Shown here: positions 32,576-35,921 of the stretch, one piece after another
Layout of the letters: every line of letters begins with the position of its first letter
How positions within the stretch are numbered: position 1 is the first letter of the stretch
Virus record (IMG/VR): IMGVR_UViG_3300014656_000075
Span: 1 to 35,921 of that record
Direction: 5' to 3' (one strand)
Source of the DNA: a virus
Taxonomy: Duplodnaviria > Caudoviricetes
Length of the DNA: 35,921 nucleotides
The notes under the pieces: generated by a model
Databases searched by the model: none
Told to the model about the DNA's origin: nothing
Seen by the model: only the letters and a program-made list of their open reading frames with translations
Translations under genes and position numbers: made by a program

Positions 32576-34707
32576 TGAAAATAAAAGTAAAAGACATATA
32601 TACTGGAGAAGTTGGAACTATTGAAGATAGTGATTTAAGTTCTAGATACCAAAAAGTAGAAGCTACACCAGTTCAACAAACTTCTTCTCAAACCCAAACA
32701 ACTTCCCAAATTCCACAACAAGGAGGTGGAATAATGAATAAAATACTTTCAATTCTAGCTCCAAGAACTCAAGCAATTGGACAGGATCTAAATGCTTCAG
32801 GACAAGTTGGTAACTACGTTGACTCTATGAATCAGAACACTAATCAATTGGTGTCTAATGCGCTGGCTTTAAGAAAAGCTAACCAGTCTGGTAATACACA
32901 ACAAGCGCAACAGTTGGCACAACAAGGTAGAGGGATATCGGCACAGCCGAAAGCGGTTGCACCAGAGTTTTCCCAAGACATAAACAAGTCATATAACGAG
33001 AGAGGTGCTAAAACAGGTTTAGAACTCGGTAGCTATCTTGTTCCTGCTGGTAAAACATTTAAGACCGCAGTTGGACTTGGTGCAGTGTCTGGTGGTCTGA
33101 AATCTATTTCCAATGATGAAAAGGTAGCTGGTGGGGCAATAGGAGGAGCGGTCGGAGCAGGAGTCATGTATGGACTATTTAACCTCGGTGGCAAACTATT
33201 AAGTCAAAGCGGAGATAAACTAGCCCTAAAAGGGTTGAGACCCAGTAAATCACAGATAACGAAGTTTGAAGGCAAAACAGGTGAAAACCTAACTCAATTT
33301 GTAAAAGAAAATAAGTTATTTCAAAAGGGGACAGAGCAAGTAAACGACAAGTTAAAAGTACTCTATAACCAATATGATGATGTTGCGGTGAAATCGGGTA
33401 AAAAGATAGGCGTTCTTGATTTATTAGATAAGTTTGATGATCAAATAGATGAGCTATCTAAGTACGGTGGAACTGAGTTTGACTCAATCATAAACTACTT
33501 AACAAAAGAAAAGACGGCGGTAGCCGACAAACTAACCGGAAAATCAGAAGTTGGTTTAGATTGGTTAGTTAACAACAGAAGACAATTAGACAAAGTAATT
33601 CCTAAAAGTTCATTTGGTGCCGATCCGATAGCTGCTGGTAGTAAAAAGATAGTTAGAGATATGTATAAAAAGGTGATAGACGAAACTACTGGTGGTGTAA
33701 CTAAGACCATTGGAGGTCAAATAAATAAATTTGAAGCTTTTAAAGATATCGCTAAATTACAGAAAAATCTCGGAACAGGAAATTTGCCAGTTGGGTTGAT
33801 GTCGATATTATCTAGTGGTGCTGGTGCAGGACTTGGATATGGTAGCGGGGGTAAGAACGGAGCCATCAAAGGGGCTTTAATCGGAGCTGGGTTAACTGCT
33901 GCTGCCAATAATCCTAAGGTTATATCATCACTGACGAAATTATTAACTGCTGGTGGCAACAAAGCTTCCAATGCTTCTGGATCATTTATACCACAGTTAT
34001 TAGGCAGAACAATAGGTCAACAAGTGGGTAGTCTTACGCAAAATACAGTAAACGGAAATCAACAGCCAAATCAAACTCCTGTATCAGAATTGGAACAAAA
34101 TAATGTAGATCAACAGCAACCACAAAATAATCAAGGTAACAGTATTATACCACCAACAGAAAATACTTCGACACAAAATTATTTAACTGGTAAATCACCA
34201 GAACAACACTACGCTGCCTATCAAAAGGCTATTGCCGCAGGTGATAAAACCAATGCCGCATTACTATATAAAAGATTTGAGGATGAAACGAAATATCAAA
34301 AAGATAATAAATCAACCAAGGGTAATGTAAGTAGCAGTATTGATATGATGGAGCAACTATATGCTCCTGGTAAAGATAATTCGTTATCAGTGGGTGATAA
34401 AACAGTTGGTATAGGTGGTGTTGCGGGAAAGGCAAATGTTTTAATTAAAAAACAAACAGATCAGGACTATGCAGACAGGCTTAATTCTTATAAAACACAA
34501 ATGGCATTAGTAGCTGGTGCAATTAACCAGGCTGCCGGTGCAGGTGTCTTAAATGGTGGAGAATACGAACGCTTAGCGATGGAGTCATTTCCAAATGAAT
34601 ATACAAGTGAAAAGGTGGCAAAAGAATGGTTTACAAACGCAAGAAAAGTTTTAAATAGTTTACCTGATTCTAGGGCGAGCGAGTTAGAAAGCCTATTAGG
34701 AATGTAA
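32575..34707 (+). CDS. Putative large internal virion (DNA ejection) protein
   Basis: 710 aa, helical, with Gly/Ala-rich hydrophobic segments (GGAIGGAVGAG, GAGAGLG, GALIGAGL). Confidence 0.65.
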   Translation: MKIKVKDIYTGEVGTIEDSDLSSRYQKVEATPVQQTSSQTQTTSQIPQQGGGIMNKILSILAPRTQAIGQDLNASGQVGNYVDSMNQNTNQLVSNALALRKANQSGNTQQAQQLAQQGRGISAQPKAVAPEFSQDINKSYNERGAKTGLELGSYLVPAGKTFKTAVGLGAVSGGLKSISNDEKVAGGAIGGAVGAGVMYGLFNLGGKLLSQSGDKLALKGLRPSKSQITKFEGKTGENLTQFVKENKLFQKGTEQVNDKLKVLYNQYDDVAVKSGKKIGVLDLLDKFDDQIDELSKYGGTEFDSIINYLTKEKTAVADKLTGKSEVGLDWLVNNRRQLDKVIPKSSFGADPIAAGSKKIVRDMYKKVIDETTGGVTKTIGGQINKFEAFKDIAKLQKNLGTGNLPVGLMSILSSGAGAGLGYGSGGKNGAIKGALIGAGLTAAANNPKVISSLTKLLTAGGNKASNASGSFIPQLLGRTIGQQVGSLTQNTVNGNQQPNQTPVSELEQNNVDQQQPQNNQGNSIIPPTENTSTQNYLTGKSPEQHYAAYQKAIAAGDKTNAALLYKRFEDETKYQKDNKSTKGNVSSSIDMMEQLYAPGKDNSLSVGDKTVGIGGVAGKANVLIKKQTDQDYADRLNSYKTQMALVAGAINQAAGAGVLNGGEYERLAMESFPNEYTSEKVAKEWFTNARKVLNSLPDSRASELESLLGM

Positions 34708-34708
34708 T

Positions 34709-34981
34709 ATGACCAAATCCTTATCCGACCATGACTTGCTCTTAAGAATAGATGAACGTCAACGTAACATAAAAAACCAAGTTAATTCTGTTAAAAACTC
34801 GCTCAACTGTGTTGTCAAAACTACTGATGATGACTATATTGAAATAAGAACCAAAGTTGATAGTATGTGGGATTCTAAGAATAAAATGATAGGTTGGATG
34901 TTAGGTGCTGGAATTGCTGGTGGTGGGATAGCTACTTTTATGAAGACATTAACTATTGAGGTGCTTGGTTTTTTCCAATGA
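34709..34981 (+). CDS. Holin-like / XhlA-like membrane protein
   Basis: LLLRIDER coiled coil plus C-terminal hydrophobic helix; directly upstream of the endolysin. Confidence 0.5.
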   Translation: MTKSLSDHDLLLRIDERQRNIKNQVNSVKNSLNCVVKTTDDDYIEIRTKVDSMWDSKNKMIGWMLGAGIAGGGIATFMKTLTIEVLGFFQ

Positions 34982-35790
34982 CATTATCAGAGTTCATTGA
35001 AAAATATAATGGCAAGGAAAAAGGCTACCCAACAGATACACAATACAAAGGTGAGTGTCTATCAATCGTCAAGCTCTACATTAAAGAATGCCTTGGAATT
35101 AGTCCACCCCCAAGCGGTACTAATTCGGCTTATGGCTATTGGTCTAACTTTCCTAATCCTTTGGGTGGTGTTTTCGAGAAGGTAGAAAGTACACCAACTA
35201 ATTTCCCCTCTCCCGGGGACGTGATGATTTGGAAACCTTGGACGGGAAACACTTATGGTCATATTGAAATAGCCCTATCAGGCAACAAAGATAAATTTAT
35301 TAGTTTTGGACAAAATTGGGGTGGCAGACAAGCTCACACCACAGAACACAATTACACAAACGTAATTGGTTGGTTAAAAATTAAGGGTACAATTGAGGAG
35401 AACAACATGAATGATGAACAAAAGAGAATTTTAGATTTTATAGGCACTAGAAGTGAGGGTGAGGTTAGACAAGCCTTCGGTGCTTTGGCTGATGTTCCAA
35501 ACCTAAACAAACAAATTGAGGATTTGCAAAGCTCCCAAAAGGATTTGGAGAGTCGTATAGGCATACTAGAGTCGGAAGTTAAGGCTAGTAACGAATTAAT
35601 AGAGAGTTGGCAGAAGACTGCTTCAACTGCTAACAGTAAGGTTTCAAAACTAGAACAGGAATTGTTATCAGCCTTATCACAAAGCAATGTTTGGAAAAAT
35701 AGATACGAAGCGGCACTGAAAAAGACCATAGACAAATATAAGCCCATTGAGTTAATTCTTATGGGAATTAAAAGTTTATTCAAAAAATGA
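34978..35790 (+). CDS. CHAP-domain endolysin with C-terminal coiled coil
   Basis: GECLS (Cys), PGDVMIW, YGHIEI (His), GQNW; heptad-rich C-terminus. Confidence 0.85.
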   Translation: MTLSEFIEKYNGKEKGYPTDTQYKGECLSIVKLYIKECLGISPPPSGTNSAYGYWSNFPNPLGGVFEKVESTPTNFPSPGDVMIWKPWTGNTYGHIEIALSGNKDKFISFGQNWGGRQAHTTEHNYTNVIGWLKIKGTIEENNMNDEQKRILDFIGTRSEGEVRQAFGALADVPNLNKQIEDLQSSQKDLESRIGILESEVKASNELIESWQKTASTANSKVSKLEQELLSALSQSNVWKNRYEAALKKTIDKYKPIELILMGIKSLFKK

Positions 35791-35921
35791 AAAAAATCAA
35801 AGCATTTTTCACCAGTGAGAAGTTTCTCAAGTGGGGCAAGAATACTTTAATCTTCGCCGCACCAGCTCTAGTTATTTTCTTAACCGCAATACAGCAAGGA
35901 GTTCCTGTTAATCAGGCTCTA
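35787..35921 (+). CDS. Partial holin-like membrane protein (MKKIKAFFTSEKFLKWGKNTLIFAAPALVIFLTAIQ...)
   Basis: ATGA coupling to the endolysin; TM segment; runs off the window end. Confidence 0.6.
   Translation, partial: MKKIKAFFTSEKFLKWGKNTLIFAAPALVIFLTAIQQGVPVNQAL

Noticed and set aside
1-35921. Stop-codon reassignment
   Set aside because: Genes are intact and tightly coupled in the standard code; TAA, TGA and TAG all terminate credible genes.
1-35921. Diversity-generating retroelement, integrase/att site or host-prophage boundary
   Set aside because: No reverse transcriptase, template/variable repeat pair, recombinase or host housekeeping genes seen; the sugar operon is flanked by phage genes on both sides.

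Overview
This window is most of a tailed dsDNA phage genome with podovirus-like architecture (no tape measure or sheath) in the standard genetic code. No integrase, CI-type repressor, CRISPR array or complete tRNA is visible. (1) 1-4328 (-): early/replication arm with a wHTH replication initiator, PD-(D/E)XK exonuclease, gp32-like SSB, a ribbon-helix-helix regulator, a membrane-anchored lytic transglycosylase, sigma70-type promoters and a candidate structured RNA. (2) 4630-11037 (+): nucleotide-sugar operon with GmhA, a HAD phosphatase, an HddA-type kinase and an HddC-type nucleotidyltransferase (GDP-heptose route), plus a YerE-like ThDP enzyme, an SDR and a DdhC/RfbH-type 3-dehydrase (branched 3,6-dideoxysugar route), interrupted by an HNH gene. 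(3) 11591-35921 (+): terminase, LicD-like protein, portal, fibre/lectin cassette, scaffold, major capsid, two glycosyltransferases (GT8-like, GT4), tail proteins, ejection proteins, CHAP endolysin and holin-like genes. The main candidate novelty is a self-contained virion-glycosylation system. It combines phage-made rare sugars, glycosyltransferases embedded in the structural operon, and a strong directional enrichment of the Gly-Thr dipeptide in predicted surface-exposed virion proteins (a candidate O-glycosylation sequon). All family calls come from motif recognition by eye, and all counts are manual.
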